From NCBI GenBank assembly GCA_045643125.1, contig JAZUKE010000036.1:1318-65317 (forward strand): DNA of 64,000 bases, read 5' to 3'. The notes below the pieces were generated by a model. That model saw only the letters and a list, made by a program, of their open reading frames with translations. It ran no database searches and was not told where the DNA came from. This document shows positions 16,344 to 25,684 of the stretch, one piece after another. The position numbers and the translations under genes are program-made. The first letter of the stretch is position 1. Every line of letters begins with the position of its first letter. Source of the stretch: Eubacteriales bacterium. Its GTDB lineage: Bacteria > Bacillota > Clostridia > Oscillospirales > CAG-382.

Positions 16344-17906
16344 TTAATCTTCCTGAAGGGATTTGAAGAGGTCGATCGTCTTGTTGAGTTCGCTCTCGAA
16401 GGTGCCGATCTTGCTCTGCAGATGAGACTGAATGGAATTGTTGCTTGCCGAACGGAGCTGGTTGTAATACTGGATGCAGTCCGCCCAGTTGAAGATGACG
16501 GAGATATCGACTATTCTGTTTCTGAATATGATATCGAGCATTTCGGGTGAGTCTTCGTCGTCAACGAGACGTTTGAGTTTAAGGGTGAGATCGTAGTAAA
16601 TGGCAGTGATGTTGTCGTAGTTGTAATGAGCCATTGCTTCGAGGCAGAAGGTGATCTGCGGGATCTCGTCTTCGTTTATGGAAATGGGAATGCACATAAT
16701 TCCGAAGTGGTACGGGTTGACGGTGGAAGCGTAATCTTCCTGACCGTCGGCTACCTTAGGCATAGGAACTATACCGTATCTTATATCGGCTTCTCTAAGC
16801 TTCGTGGAGTTGACGAGCCCGATGTGTTCGGTATAGAAAAGTGCCTGATTGTTATAGAAATGATCGGATACCTTATGTCCGTTTGCATCGTCCCAACGGT
16901 AATAATCTTCGACGAAGCAGGTACGCTGTTTGTCGATGACAACATCGTAAACTTTAAGGAAGTTGGTCACGTTCTGCTCATTGAGCATTGCAAATTCGGG
17001 GATATCATCGCTGTTCTTGGAGACCTGAGCAAGTCCGCCGCCCATAATGAGCATATATGTATCGAATGATACGCCCACAAGTCCCCAGGTGTCATCGCCT
17101 TCGACATTCATCATACCGTCTCCGCCGGGATGAGCGACTTCCGTCATCATTTCATACATTTTGTCAAGAGTCCAATCGCCGCTCTTTACGAGGTCAAACG
17201 GATTTTCGAGCTTGTAATCCTTTACAAGGTCTTTGTTGAAGTAAAGGCATCTGGTGTACTGGTCGTCGGAATAAAGGATATCGCCGGTGATCATATAAAG
17301 TGAATTTGCGACACTCATATCCTTCTGAGTGACGGGATCCCACCATTCTTCGTCGACATTGAGATAGCTTCCTTCGCCGAGGTCGTAAAAGTCATAGCAG
17401 AGACCTTCGGCAGTAAGAGGAGCAAGGAAGTTTGCGCCGCCTACAAGCACCTGATAGTCTGCGGTACCGGCTTCGTTGTCATTTCTTACTCTTTCGACAA
17501 AACGGTTATAGCAATCATCACCCGAAATACTTTCGTTTATGATGCTGAATCCGTATTCCTGCTGAAGTTTGTTGTTTCTTTCCGCGATAGCGACAACGAC
17601 GGCATCGGCATCTTCTTCGGTGTTTTCTTCGGTGTAGCCGATGATCTGTTCATCGTCGTAAAGCTGACCGGGGGCAAGGATGAGGAATTTGATCGTGTAG
17701 CCGTTGACGTGTGCATCGGTAGGATCAAGTCCTTCGATGAATGCGGTGGACACTTCTTCGGAAGCTTCGTCTTTTGAAACGTCCGCCTTGGATTCGGTGG
17801 ATGCTTTGCTTGTGTTGGAGCCGGTTTCATTTTCGCTGCAGGCAGTAGCAAGGAAAGCGAACAGCATTAAAAAAACCAAAAGTCCGGCAAGAAGTTTTTT
17901 TGACAT
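16344..17906 (-). CDS. extracellular solute-binding lipoprotein of a carbohydrate-type ABC system (large, about 520 aa class)
   Basis: Signal peptide with lipobox (LFAFLATAC), a Ser/Thr/Glu-rich linker, then an SBP-like body. No permease or ATPase gene is adjacent. Confidence 0.7.
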   Translation of the reverse strand: MSKKLLAGLLVFLMLFAFLATACSENETGSNTSKASTESKADVSKDEASEEVSTAFIEGLDPTDAHVNGYTIKFLILAPGQLYDDEQIIGYTEENTEEDADAVVVAIAERNNKLQQEYGFSIINESISGDDCYNRFVERVRNDNEAGTADYQVLVGGANFLAPLTAEGLCYDFYDLGEGSYLNVDEEWWDPVTQKDMSVANSLYMITGDILYSDDQYTRCLYFNKDLVKDYKLENPFDLVKSGDWTLDKMYEMMTEVAHPGGDGMMNVEGDDTWGLVGVSFDTYMLIMGGGLAQVSKNSDDIPEFAMLNEQNVTNFLKVYDVVIDKQRTCFVEDYYRWDDANGHKVSDHFYNNQALFYTEHIGLVNSTKLREADIRYGIVPMPKVADGQEDYASTVNPYHFGIMCIPISINEDEIPQITFCLEAMAHYNYDNITAIYYDLTLKLKRLVDDEDSPEMLDIIFRNRIVDISVIFNWADCIQYYNQLRSASNNSIQSHLQSKIGTFESELNKTIDLFKSLQED

Positions 17907-17934
17907 AATGTTTTCCTTTCTTTATGTATTATTT

Positions 17935-18666
17935 TTATTCAAACGATTTCTTGGTGAGCATCGGGCAGCCGTCGGTCATTTCAAAGCCGAAATCGTTGGG
18001 AGCAGCCCAATAAACGGCGTTTTTGATTATGCGCTGAACGTATTCGTTATAATAGGACGGACAGGTCTCGTGACCGGGCTGGAAATAGAACACCTTTCCC
18101 GCCCCTCTGAGGAAGCAGCAGCCGGTACGCATAATGTAGCCGTCTTCGTACCATCCGCCGAAAACGAGAGCGTCGGGCTGAGGAATGTAGAACGGTTCGC
18201 TGTAAAGTTCTTCTTCGTCAAGTACGAAATGATCGGGGATTCCTGCGGCGATCGGATGAGTCGGGAGCATAGTCCACATAACTTCTTTCTGATTTCTGCC
18301 CCACGAAAGGTTGCCGGAGGTGCCAACGATGGTATCGAACGGTTTGGATTTATGTGCGGAATGGAGAGCGATAAAGCCCATTCCTTCCGAATAAACGCGC
18401 TTTCTTATCTTTTCGACAAGTGCGTCGTTGACTTCGTGATGTGCCATATGTCCCCACCACAGAAGGACGTCGGTCTTGTTCAGCAGTTCATCGGGAAGTC
18501 CCTGGTCGGGTTCGTCGAGAGACGCAAGCGTTATATCGAGATCATCGTTCACGCTGAGGAAATCCCTGATGAAAGCGTGTATGCCGTTCGGATAAAGTTT
18601 TTTGACTTCTTCGTTCGTTTTTTCGTGTCTGAATTCGTTCCAGATAACAACATTGAGTTTTTTCAT
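17935..18666 (-). CDS. ThuA-domain protein (trehalose-utilisation-like, class-I glutamine amidotransferase-like fold)
   Basis: 243 aa. VVIWNEFRHE..., DVLLWWGHMAHHEV, GFIALHSAH and FYFQPGHE blocks are typical of PF06283. Confidence 0.75.
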   Translation of the reverse strand: MKKLNVVIWNEFRHEKTNEEVKKLYPNGIHAFIRDFLSVNDDLDITLASLDEPDQGLPDELLNKTDVLLWWGHMAHHEVNDALVEKIRKRVYSEGMGFIALHSAHKSKPFDTIVGTSGNLSWGRNQKEVMWTMLPTHPIAAGIPDHFVLDEEELYSEPFYIPQPDALVFGGWYEDGYIMRTGCCFLRGAGKVFYFQPGHETCPSYYNEYVQRIIKNAVYWAAPNDFGFEMTDGCPMLTKKSFE

Positions 18667-18692
18667 AGTCTTACCTCCATTGCCTTTTGCAT

Positions 18693-18721
18693 ATTATACC
18701 ATATCACACCGTTTTTGTAAA
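18693..18721 (-). promoter_or_regulatory. extended -10 promoter of the thuA-like/SBP unit
   Basis: Minus strand: TTTACA (18721-18716), 17-nt spacer, TGgTATAAT (-10 at 18698-18693). GGAGGT RBS and ATG at 18666. Confidence 0.5.
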
Positions 18722-18732
18722 TAGTCTATTGC

Positions 18733-18770
18733 AAAATTTTACAGGGTGTTCCGAAGAACACCCTGTAAAA
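18733..18770 (-). terminator. terminator after oppA
   Basis: Perfect 11-bp stem acagggtgttc/gaacaccctgt (18741-18751 / 18756-18766), extendable by A-U pairs. Followed by TTTT on the minus strand. Confidence 0.6.
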
Positions 18771-18786
18771 GATATTTTATTAGTTA

Positions 18787-20526
18787 TTATTTGCTGAAGG
18801 TAGCATTCTTGAAGGATACCCAGCCGAGGTTGGAGTAGAGATAGCCTTCGAGATTGGGGCTTGCAAGATACGGGTTGGTGTAGTAGTAAAGAGGAATGAT
18901 GGTGTAGGTATCGCGGATCCATTCTTCTGCTTCATACATATACTCAGCACGTTTTTCAGCGTCAGCTTCGGTTTTGATCTTAGCGATGAGTTCATCGTAA
19001 TCAGCCCATTTCTGGTTGCCGTTGGGGCCATAGATGGCAGCGCTGCCGTTGGCACCGTCTTTGCCGAGGTGAGGATGGTTGTTGCCGGAACCGGAAAGGA
19101 GGATCTCGAGGAAGTTAACGGGGTCGTCGTAGTCAGCGATCCAGCCGAGACGGCACATAGTGAAGTCGCCTTCGGTAAGAGCGGTCTGAATAACGGACCA
19201 TGTACGGGTATCGATGGAAACTTCGATGCCGTAAGCCGACCACTGGCTCTGGATAGCTTCAGCTATAGCAACGTTGCCGGAAGTCGGGTTGATGGAATAT
19301 TCGAATTTGGGGATGTCGGTGAATTTGCCGGCTGCTTCGTCATAGGTGTAGTATTTCTTAAGAATTTCAACAGCTGTTGCTCTGTTGGATTCAAGGTCTG
19401 CCTTGTCAACGCTCCACCATTTTTCAGCTTCGCTGCGGAAGATCTTGCCGGTGCCGTCGCCCATACCTGCGGGTACGAAGCCGTAAGCCGGAGTCTGACC
19501 TGCTGCGGTGATGTTTTCAACGATGTAGTTACGGTCGATAAGGAGAGAGAAAGCGTATCTGATTTCAGCGTCTTCTTTTTCGGTGAAGGTCTTTCCTTCG
19601 GGAGCGAAGGATTTTTCTACGTTGAATTCAAGATAATAGGTGCCGATATAGTCGCCAATGAAGAAATCTTTGTTCATTCTGTTGGCGTCAGCTTTGAGAG
19701 TCGGGATCTGAGCAACGGGAACGGTGGTGGTGTACTGGATGGTGCCGTTGGTGTAGTTGGCGAAGATAGCGTCATCGTCGTCAGAGAGGAAGAAAGTGAT
19801 GGTGTCGAGTTTTACGGAATCAGCATCCCAGTAGTTGGGGTTCTTTTCGAAAACGATCTGGGAACCGACAGTCCAGGATTTCATTCTGAACGGGCCGTTG
19901 GTAACGTAGGTTTCGGGTTTGGTTGCCCAAGTGTCGGGACCTGCTTCAACGAGATCCTTGCGAACGGGATAATAGGTCGGGAAAGCGAGGAGCTGATCGA
20001 AATAGCTGCAGAAAGAACCGGTAATGATGGTAAGGGTGTTCTTTTCATCGTCTGCTACAACGTTGAGTTTGCAGTCATCTTCATAGGAGAAGCCGTCGAT
20101 GACGTCGAACATATAGCAGTAGTCGGCAGCGGTAGCGGGTTCAGCAGCTCTCTGCCAGGAATAAGCGAAATCGGAAGCTTTGAGTTCTTTGCCGTCAGAC
20201 CATTTAAGACCGTCTTTAAGGGTGATGACGTACTGATACTTGCCGCCTTCGAGTGCGGTCGGCTTAACGATTTCTTTTGCGCAGCCGGGAACGATAACGG
20301 GTTTGCCGTCAGCGCCGGCAGCGTAAGCGTAAACGCCTTCACAAGCGTTGGTGAGCATGATCGCACCGTCAACGGAAGAGTTGAGAGCGGGGTCGATCGT
20401 TTCGGGGTCAGGACCTACGCAGACAGTGATGTCTTTGAGGTATTCCTTTTTGTTCTCTTCGGCACAGCTTGCAAGAGCAACCGTTACCATAAGAAGAGCG
20501 AGAACAAGCGCGAAGATTCTTTTCAT
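18787..20526 (-). CDS. oppA: peptide ABC transporter substrate-binding lipoprotein (family 5, Opp/Dpp type)
   Basis: 579 aa. Lipoprotein signal (VALASCAEE) and family-5 SBP blocks (LKWSDG, NPNYWD). Last gene of the operon. Confidence 0.85.
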   Translation of the reverse strand: MKRIFALVLALLMVTVALASCAEENKKEYLKDITVCVGPDPETIDPALNSSVDGAIMLTNACEGVYAYAAGADGKPVIVPGCAKEIVKPTALEGGKYQYVITLKDGLKWSDGKELKASDFAYSWQRAAEPATAADYCYMFDVIDGFSYEDDCKLNVVADDEKNTLTIITGSFCSYFDQLLAFPTYYPVRKDLVEAGPDTWATKPETYVTNGPFRMKSWTVGSQIVFEKNPNYWDADSVKLDTITFFLSDDDDAIFANYTNGTIQYTTTVPVAQIPTLKADANRMNKDFFIGDYIGTYYLEFNVEKSFAPEGKTFTEKEDAEIRYAFSLLIDRNYIVENITAAGQTPAYGFVPAGMGDGTGKIFRSEAEKWWSVDKADLESNRATAVEILKKYYTYDEAAGKFTDIPKFEYSINPTSGNVAIAEAIQSQWSAYGIEVSIDTRTWSVIQTALTEGDFTMCRLGWIADYDDPVNFLEILLSGSGNNHPHLGKDGANGSAAIYGPNGNQKWADYDELIAKIKTEADAEKRAEYMYEAEEWIRDTYTIIPLYYYTNPYLASPNLEGYLYSNLGWVSFKNATFSK

Positions 20527-20581
20527 AGTGTTTCCTCCATTTTATTTTTTATATTGTACGTTTTAACGTTACAATCTATGA

Positions 20582-21556
20582 TCATTTCTCGAAGCAGGCG
20601 ACCTTATGTCCCGGGCTGCGTTCGACGAGCGGCGGACATTCTGCCGCGCATCTTTCGGTAGCGTAAGGGCATCTCGTCCTGAACGGGCAGCCGCTCGGTA
20701 CGTTGAGCGGGCTCGGCACATCGCCTTCGAGCACGATGCGCTGACGTTTTCTTTCAAGTTCCGGATCGGTGATCGGGACTGCGGAAAGAAGCGAGATGGT
20801 GTAGGGGTGGATCGGATTGCGGTTAAGCTCGTTTGCGGGAGCGACTTCGACTATCTTGCCGAGGTACATAACCGCGATATCGTCGGAAATATGTTTGACG
20901 ACGGAAAGATCGTGAGCTATAAACAGATAAGTGAGTCCGCGGTCCTTCTGCAAATCCTCAAACATATTGATGACCTGCGCCTGGATCGACACGTCAAGCG
21001 CCGACACCGGCTCGTCGCATATAATCATTTCGGGATTCATCGCAAGAGCGCGTGCGATGCCTATTCTCTGACGCTGACCGCCGGAAAATTCGTGAACGTA
21101 TCTCGTTGCGTGTTCGGACGAAAGTCCCACGGCGTCCATAAGCTCTTTTACACGGTGTGCGCGTTCCTCTTTCGCGGCATACATTTTATGCACGTCGAGA
21201 GGCTCGGCGATGATATCGGAGACCGTCATACGCGGGTCGAGCGACGAATACGGATCCTGAAAGACCATCTGCATCTTGCTTCTGAGTTCTTTTACGTCTT
21301 TTCTCGTCCTGACCTGTTTGCCGCGGTAGATTATTTCGCCGTCGGTCGGCTCGTAAAGGTACATAAGCGTGCGTCCGACCGTGGTTTTTCCGCAGCCGGA
21401 TTCGCCGACAAGTCCGAGCGTTTTGCCTTCTTCTATCGAGAAGGAAACGCCGTTGACGGCTTTGAGCTGCTTCGATTTGAAAAATCCGCTGTTGATCGTG
21501 AAATACTTTTTAAGGTCTCTGACCTCAATAAGCGGTGCTTTTTTTTCTTCACTCAT
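20582..21556 (-). CDS. oppF: oligopeptide/dipeptide ABC transporter ATP-binding protein
   Basis: 324 aa. Walker A GESGCGKT, signature FSGGQRQR, Walker [12 protein letters not shown], and a C-terminal oligopeptide-type extension with Cys residues. Confidence 0.9.
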   Translation of the reverse strand: MSEEKKAPLIEVRDLKKYFTINSGFFKSKQLKAVNGVSFSIEEGKTLGLVGESGCGKTTVGRTLMYLYEPTDGEIIYRGKQVRTRKDVKELRSKMQMVFQDPYSSLDPRMTVSDIIAEPLDVHKMYAAKEERAHRVKELMDAVGLSSEHATRYVHEFSGGQRQRIGIARALAMNPEMIICDEPVSALDVSIQAQVINMFEDLQKDRGLTYLFIAHDLSVVKHISDDIAVMYLGKIVEVAPANELNRNPIHPYTISLLSAVPITDPELERKRQRIVLEGDVPSPLNVPSGCPFRTRCPYATERCAAECPPLVERSPGHKVACFEK

Positions 21557-22568
21557 TGCTGTCAGCTCCTTTCGTACCGTCGGAAACGTTCTTTTGCGCC
21601 ATTTCCTTTACGTTCATCCAACAGCTTGAAGTGTGTATGCCGCCGAATTCCATAACCGGTGCGTGTTCCGTAAGGCATATCTTCATACAGTTGGGGCATC
21701 TCGGGGCAAAAGCGCAGCCTGCCGGCATACTGAGAAGATCGACCGGCGTGCCCGCAATGGGGATAAGTCTGGTCTTTTCGTCGGATGCGATATTCGGGAT
21801 GGACGTAAGAAGTCCCTTGGTGTATTCGTGCTTCGGCGAATAGAAGATGTCGTTTGCCGTTCCGCTTTCGACGATCTTGCCGGCGTACATTACGTTTATC
21901 TTATCGCACATACCGGCGACGACGCCGAGGTCGTGAGTGATGAGGATTATCGCCATACCGAGCTGCTTCTGAAGCGATTTCATAAGCTCGAGTATCTGCG
22001 CCTGTATCGTAACGTCAAGCGCGGTCGTCGGCTCGTCGGCGATGAGTATATCCGGTTCGCAGACAAGCGCCATTGCGATCATTATACGCTGACGCATACC
22101 GCCGGACATTTCGTAGGGGTACTGTTTCATTCTTCGCGGAGGATCGTTGATGCCGCAAAGTTCCATCATTTCGATCGCTCTGTCGTAAGCCTGCTTTTTA
22201 TCTCTGTCGGTGTGGAGCCTTATCGCTTCAATAAGCTGATTGCCCACGGTATAGACCGGGTTAAGGCTCGTCATCGGGTCCTGGAAGATTATGCTGATCT
22301 TGTTGCCGCGTATCGAATGTATGGTGGCTTCGTCGCATCCGACAAGTTCCGTACCGTCGACCTTTACGCTGCCGCCGACGATCTTGCCGGGGCTTGTGAG
22401 GATCTGCAGAATGGAGTAAGCGGTAACGCTTTTGCCGGAGCCGGATTCACCGACGATACCGAGGACTTCGCCCTTATCGAGAGTGAACGAAACATCGTCA
22501 ACGGCTTTTACTTCGCCCGAATGGGTAAAGAAAGATGTTCTTAAATTTTTGACTTCAAGATAACTCAT
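21549..22568 (-). CDS. oppD: oligopeptide/dipeptide ABC transporter ATP-binding protein
   Basis: 339 aa. Walker A GESGSGKS, signature MSGGMRQR, Walker [12 protein letters not shown]. Overlaps oppF by 8 nt. Confidence 0.9.
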   Translation of the reverse strand: MSYLEVKNLRTSFFTHSGEVKAVDDVSFTLDKGEVLGIVGESGSGKSVTAYSILQILTSPGKIVGGSVKVDGTELVGCDEATIHSIRGNKISIIFQDPMTSLNPVYTVGNQLIEAIRLHTDRDKKQAYDRAIEMMELCGINDPPRRMKQYPYEMSGGMRQRIMIAMALVCEPDILIADEPTTALDVTIQAQILELMKSLQKQLGMAIILITHDLGVVAGMCDKINVMYAGKIVESGTANDIFYSPKHEYTKGLLTSIPNIASDEKTRLIPIAGTPVDLLSMPAGCAFAPRCPNCMKICLTEHAPVMEFGGIHTSSCWMNVKEMAQKNVSDGTKGADSNE

Positions 22569-22588
22569 TATTCTACCTGCCTTTCCGC

Positions 22589-24385
22589 TTACGATTTTTC
22601 ACGAAGCTTGGGGTCGAAGGCATCGCGGAGTCCCTGACCGAGCAGGTTGAGCGAAAGCACAAGAAGGAATATGATGATGGCGGGAAGGATGAACAGATAT
22701 CCTCTGCCGTCTATCGTCATCTGTCCGCGGTAGTTGGAAGCAAGCGAGCCGAGGCTCGGCATAGGGATCGAAACGCCGATACCGAGATAGCTGAGGAAGC
22801 TTTCGGTGAATATTGCGGACGGTATCTGCAATGCCGCCGAAATGAAAATGACGGAAATGCAGTTGGGAAGCATATGTTTGAAGATTATCCAACGTGCCGG
22901 AGCGTCGCAGGCTTTTGCCGCAAGGACGAATTCCTGTTCTCTGAGGGAAAGCACCTGACCTCTGACAAGGCGTGCCATACCTACCCAGTAAAGGAGAGCG
23001 AACACGATGAGGATGCTCACGAGTCCGACGCCGCCGAGTTTATCGACAACGGATGAGAGCGGCCCGTTCTGGAAAATATCCTTGAACGCGACGGAAAGCA
23101 GTATGATTATGAGGGTATCGGGGAGCGAATAGATGATATCGACGATACGCATCATCACAAGGTCAACTTTTCCGCCGAAATAGCCGGAAATCGCGCCGTA
23201 AAGTACGCCGATGATAACGACGACAACTGCCGCGATAATGCCGACGAGCAGCGATACGCGGGTGCCGACGATTATTCTTATCGCATAGTCGCGTCCGAGT
23301 TCGTCGGTGCCGAGAATATGCGGGAACACGCTTTGCGACTGCTTGGTGAGTTTCTGCGCGGTCGGAGTGACGATATCGCCCGCCGCATAAGTGTTAGAGT
23401 CAACGGGAGCGCTTTCGACGCTCATATTTCCGTCGTAAGTAAGTCTGTAACGGTCGGTTCTGCCCTTTCCGCTATATCTGTAATTGACTTCAACGCCTTC
23501 GTCGGCTATTCCGTCGCCGTCGGCATCAGCCGCCCATACGGCGTAAAGCACGGTATCGGAAGAAACGCTGAAATTCTTGCTGATAATTTTTTCGCCGTAT
23601 TCACCGAAATTGGATGCGTCAAGCACGGGAAGTGCGCCTTCCGCAGTCCAGCCGGCAAACACCGCGCCGTCCTTTTTGAAATCGGACGTTTCGTTGCTCG
23701 GCACTATTTTGTCAGCCGGAACGTAGCCGAAATCGTCTGTCGGTACCGTTCCGCTGCCGCCGTTGAGATCGTAAGTCAGCTTATAACGCGGAGAAATGAC
23801 GTTTTTGCTTTCGTCATACTTGAAGAGATCGGCTCCGTAATCTCCGACACCGTCACCGTCGGCGTCAACGCCCCAGACGGCGTAAAGGAGTTCGGTAGCG
23901 TCTCCGAACGTCACCGTATCGGTAACGAAATACTCTTTTACTTCGTTAAGGTATTCCTCGCTGTCGATAACGAGAAGCCCGTAATAGTGAGATATATCCT
24001 CTTTTCCGTGCGCCCAGCCCATAAATACGGCGTTTTCGCTCATAAGGATCTTTTCACGCATCGAATACTCGAACGGACCGAGGAATTCGCCCGCGATACT
24101 GTCGCGGTTGCCGGAGCTTGTGCTGTAATCGTAAGGATAGAACAAAGGAACGATAAATGCGGTAAAAGTAAGCAGGACGACTATAATAAGGCAAGTCATC
24201 GAGAGCTTGTCCTTGCGGAGTCTGCGAAGACTGTCCTTGAGGAAGCTCGTGCTTTCGCGCATTCGATCCTGCTGAGCCTTTTCTTCGTCGGTCGCAAGTT
24301 CAAACTTTGAAAGATCGAGCTGCATACTGAACGGATTTTTCTTCGGCATCTGGTCGTTTGGTCTGTTTGTGTTCAATTCTGCCAT
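22589..24385 (-). CDS. oppC: oligopeptide ABC permease OppC with a large inserted extracytoplasmic repeat domain (598 aa)
   Basis: ATG at 24385 behind GGAGGG; the track start at 24421 is rejected. TM1 (aa 61-83), HILGTDELGRDY, and a BPD-transporter core at the C-terminus. About 260 extra residues lie between TM1 and the GTDxLGRD motif. Confidence 0.85.
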   Translation of the reverse strand: MAELNTNRPNDQMPKKNPFSMQLDLSKFELATDEEKAQQDRMRESTSFLKDSLRRLRKDKLSMTCLIIVVLLTFTAFIVPLFYPYDYSTSSGNRDSIAGEFLGPFEYSMREKILMSENAVFMGWAHGKEDISHYYGLLVIDSEEYLNEVKEYFVTDTVTFGDATELLYAVWGVDADGDGVGDYGADLFKYDESKNVISPRYKLTYDLNGGSGTVPTDDFGYVPADKIVPSNETSDFKKDGAVFAGWTAEGALPVLDASNFGEYGEKIISKNFSVSSDTVLYAVWAADADGDGIADEGVEVNYRYSGKGRTDRYRLTYDGNMSVESAPVDSNTYAAGDIVTPTAQKLTKQSQSVFPHILGTDELGRDYAIRIIVGTRVSLLVGIIAAVVVVIIGVLYGAISGYFGGKVDLVMMRIVDIIYSLPDTLIIILLSVAFKDIFQNGPLSSVVDKLGGVGLVSILIVFALLYWVGMARLVRGQVLSLREQEFVLAAKACDAPARWIIFKHMLPNCISVIFISAALQIPSAIFTESFLSYLGIGVSIPMPSLGSLASNYRGQMTIDGRGYLFILPAIIIFLLVLSLNLLGQGLRDAFDPKLREKS

Positions 24386-24404
24386 TTCAGTCTGCCCTCC
24401 CCGA

Positions 24405-25361
24405 TCACGAGAAATCGACACGGTGATCTATCACCTTGTAGAGTATGTCGCTCACAAGGTTCATAGCGAGCATCAGCACCGAAAGAAGAACGGTGGTGCC
24501 CATTATCATCGTATAGTCAAGGTTTTTGATTGAGTCTATGAAATATCCGCCGATACCGGGAACGGAGAAAATGCTTTCAACGACGAAAGAGCCGGTAACG
24601 ATATAGGCGATCATCGGACCTGCGTAAGAGATCACGGGAGCAAGCGAGTTGCGGAGCGCGTGCTTGAAAAGCACCTTCTTTTCGGGAACGCCCTTTGCTC
24701 TTGCGGTGCGGATATAGTCCTGACCGAGCGAATCGAGCATAGAAGAACGTGTAAGGCGGGTTATGTACGCCGAAGGATAGAGCGACAGCGCTATTATCGG
24801 CAGTATAAGTCCCATAATCGAGCCTTCACCGGAGAACACGCTCTGAATGGAGCAGCCCATCGACGGAAAGACCTTCCATTTGACGGTGAGAGTCCACAGC
24901 GCGACGACGCCGATAACGAACGACGGCACCGAGACCGAAGCGGTGGAAAGTATGAGGATGAGTTTATCCTGCCATTTTGAACGCTTGACTGCGGCATAAG
25001 AGCCGAGGACAAGCCCGATTATTATTGCAAGCACCGCGGCGCTGAGCCCGATGAATGCCGACGTGGCAAAGCCCTGCATAACAAGCTCCATCACGTTGAG
25101 CCCTTTATAATAAATGGACTGACCGAAATCGAGCTGTACCGCGTTTTTGAGATAGATAAGATACTGTACGCCGAGAGGCTTATCGAGTCCGTACTTTGCG
25201 TTGAGTGCATCCATCGTGGACTGAGGGATCGCTTTTTCACCGACGAACGGGCTGCCCGGAACGGCGTGCATTATGAAGAACGTAACGGTTATTATTATGA
25301 AAAGAGTGAGCAGCGCGAGTCCCAGCCTTTTCAGTATATATACGAGCATTTTTTTATCCAT
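24405..25361 (-). CDS. oppB: oligopeptide ABC permease
   Basis: 318 aa from the ATG at 25361, which has an AAAGGAGTGAG RBS; the TTG at 25397 is rejected. Typical OppB start YILKRL..., PGSPF, and an EAA-like loop YIRTARAKG. Confidence 0.9.
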   Translation of the reverse strand: MDKKMLVYILKRLGLALLTLFIIITVTFFIMHAVPGSPFVGEKAIPQSTMDALNAKYGLDKPLGVQYLIYLKNAVQLDFGQSIYYKGLNVMELVMQGFATSAFIGLSAAVLAIIIGLVLGSYAAVKRSKWQDKLILILSTASVSVPSFVIGVVALWTLTVKWKVFPSMGCSIQSVFSGEGSIMGLILPIIALSLYPSAYITRLTRSSMLDSLGQDYIRTARAKGVPEKKVLFKHALRNSLAPVISYAGPMIAYIVTGSFVVESIFSVPGIGGYFIDSIKNLDYTMIMGTTVLLSVLMLAMNLVSDILYKVIDHRVDFS

Positions 25362-25491
25362 ATCGCTCACTCCTTTTTGCAAACCGATTTCAGTCAAATC
25401 GTTGATCGTGCCGCATAATCACAATTAAAAATGAAAGAATGAAAGAACGAAACGCGCACTTGTCACGTTTCAATTATGCAGATACAGATAA

Positions 25492-25520
25492 TTTATACAC
25501 CGTTTTTTGCGATTTGTCAA
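25492..25520 (-). promoter_or_regulatory. sigma-A type promoter of the opp operon (about 120-nt leader)
   Basis: Minus strand: TTGACA (25520-25515), 17-nt spacer, TATAAA (25497-25492). Confidence 0.5.
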
Positions 25521-25606
25521 GTAAAACTTTCATTTTTACCGTGTATTTTTTATATTGGTGCATTTTTTTGCATTTGTGCGGACGATTTTTTGCATTTTTT
25601 CAAATC

Positions 25607-25634
25607 AAAAAAACCGTTTTTGAAAATAAAACGG
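25607..25634 (-). terminator. second, weaker hairpin plus T-run downstream of malQ
   Basis: 7-bp stem ccgtttt/aaaacgg (25614-25620 / 25628-25634), followed on the minus strand by 7 T (25607-25613). Confidence 0.4.
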
Positions 25635-25638
25635 CAGC

Positions 25639-25671
25639 AAAAAAAGCAGATTGATGAGCAAATCAATCTGC
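25639..25671 (-). terminator. rho-independent terminator of malQ
   Basis: Perfect 10-bp stem gcagattgat/atcaatctgc (25646-25655 / 25662-25671), followed on the minus strand by 7 T (25639-25645). Confidence 0.65.
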
Positions 25672-25684
25672 TTTGATGTAAAAA

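Noticed and set aside
25607-25634. CodY-box-like TTTTTGAAAATA upstream of the opp operon.
   Set aside because: It is one nucleotide short of the AATTTTCWGAAAATT consensus core. It forms the loop and stem of a hairpin followed by a T-run that is better explained as a second malQ terminator.
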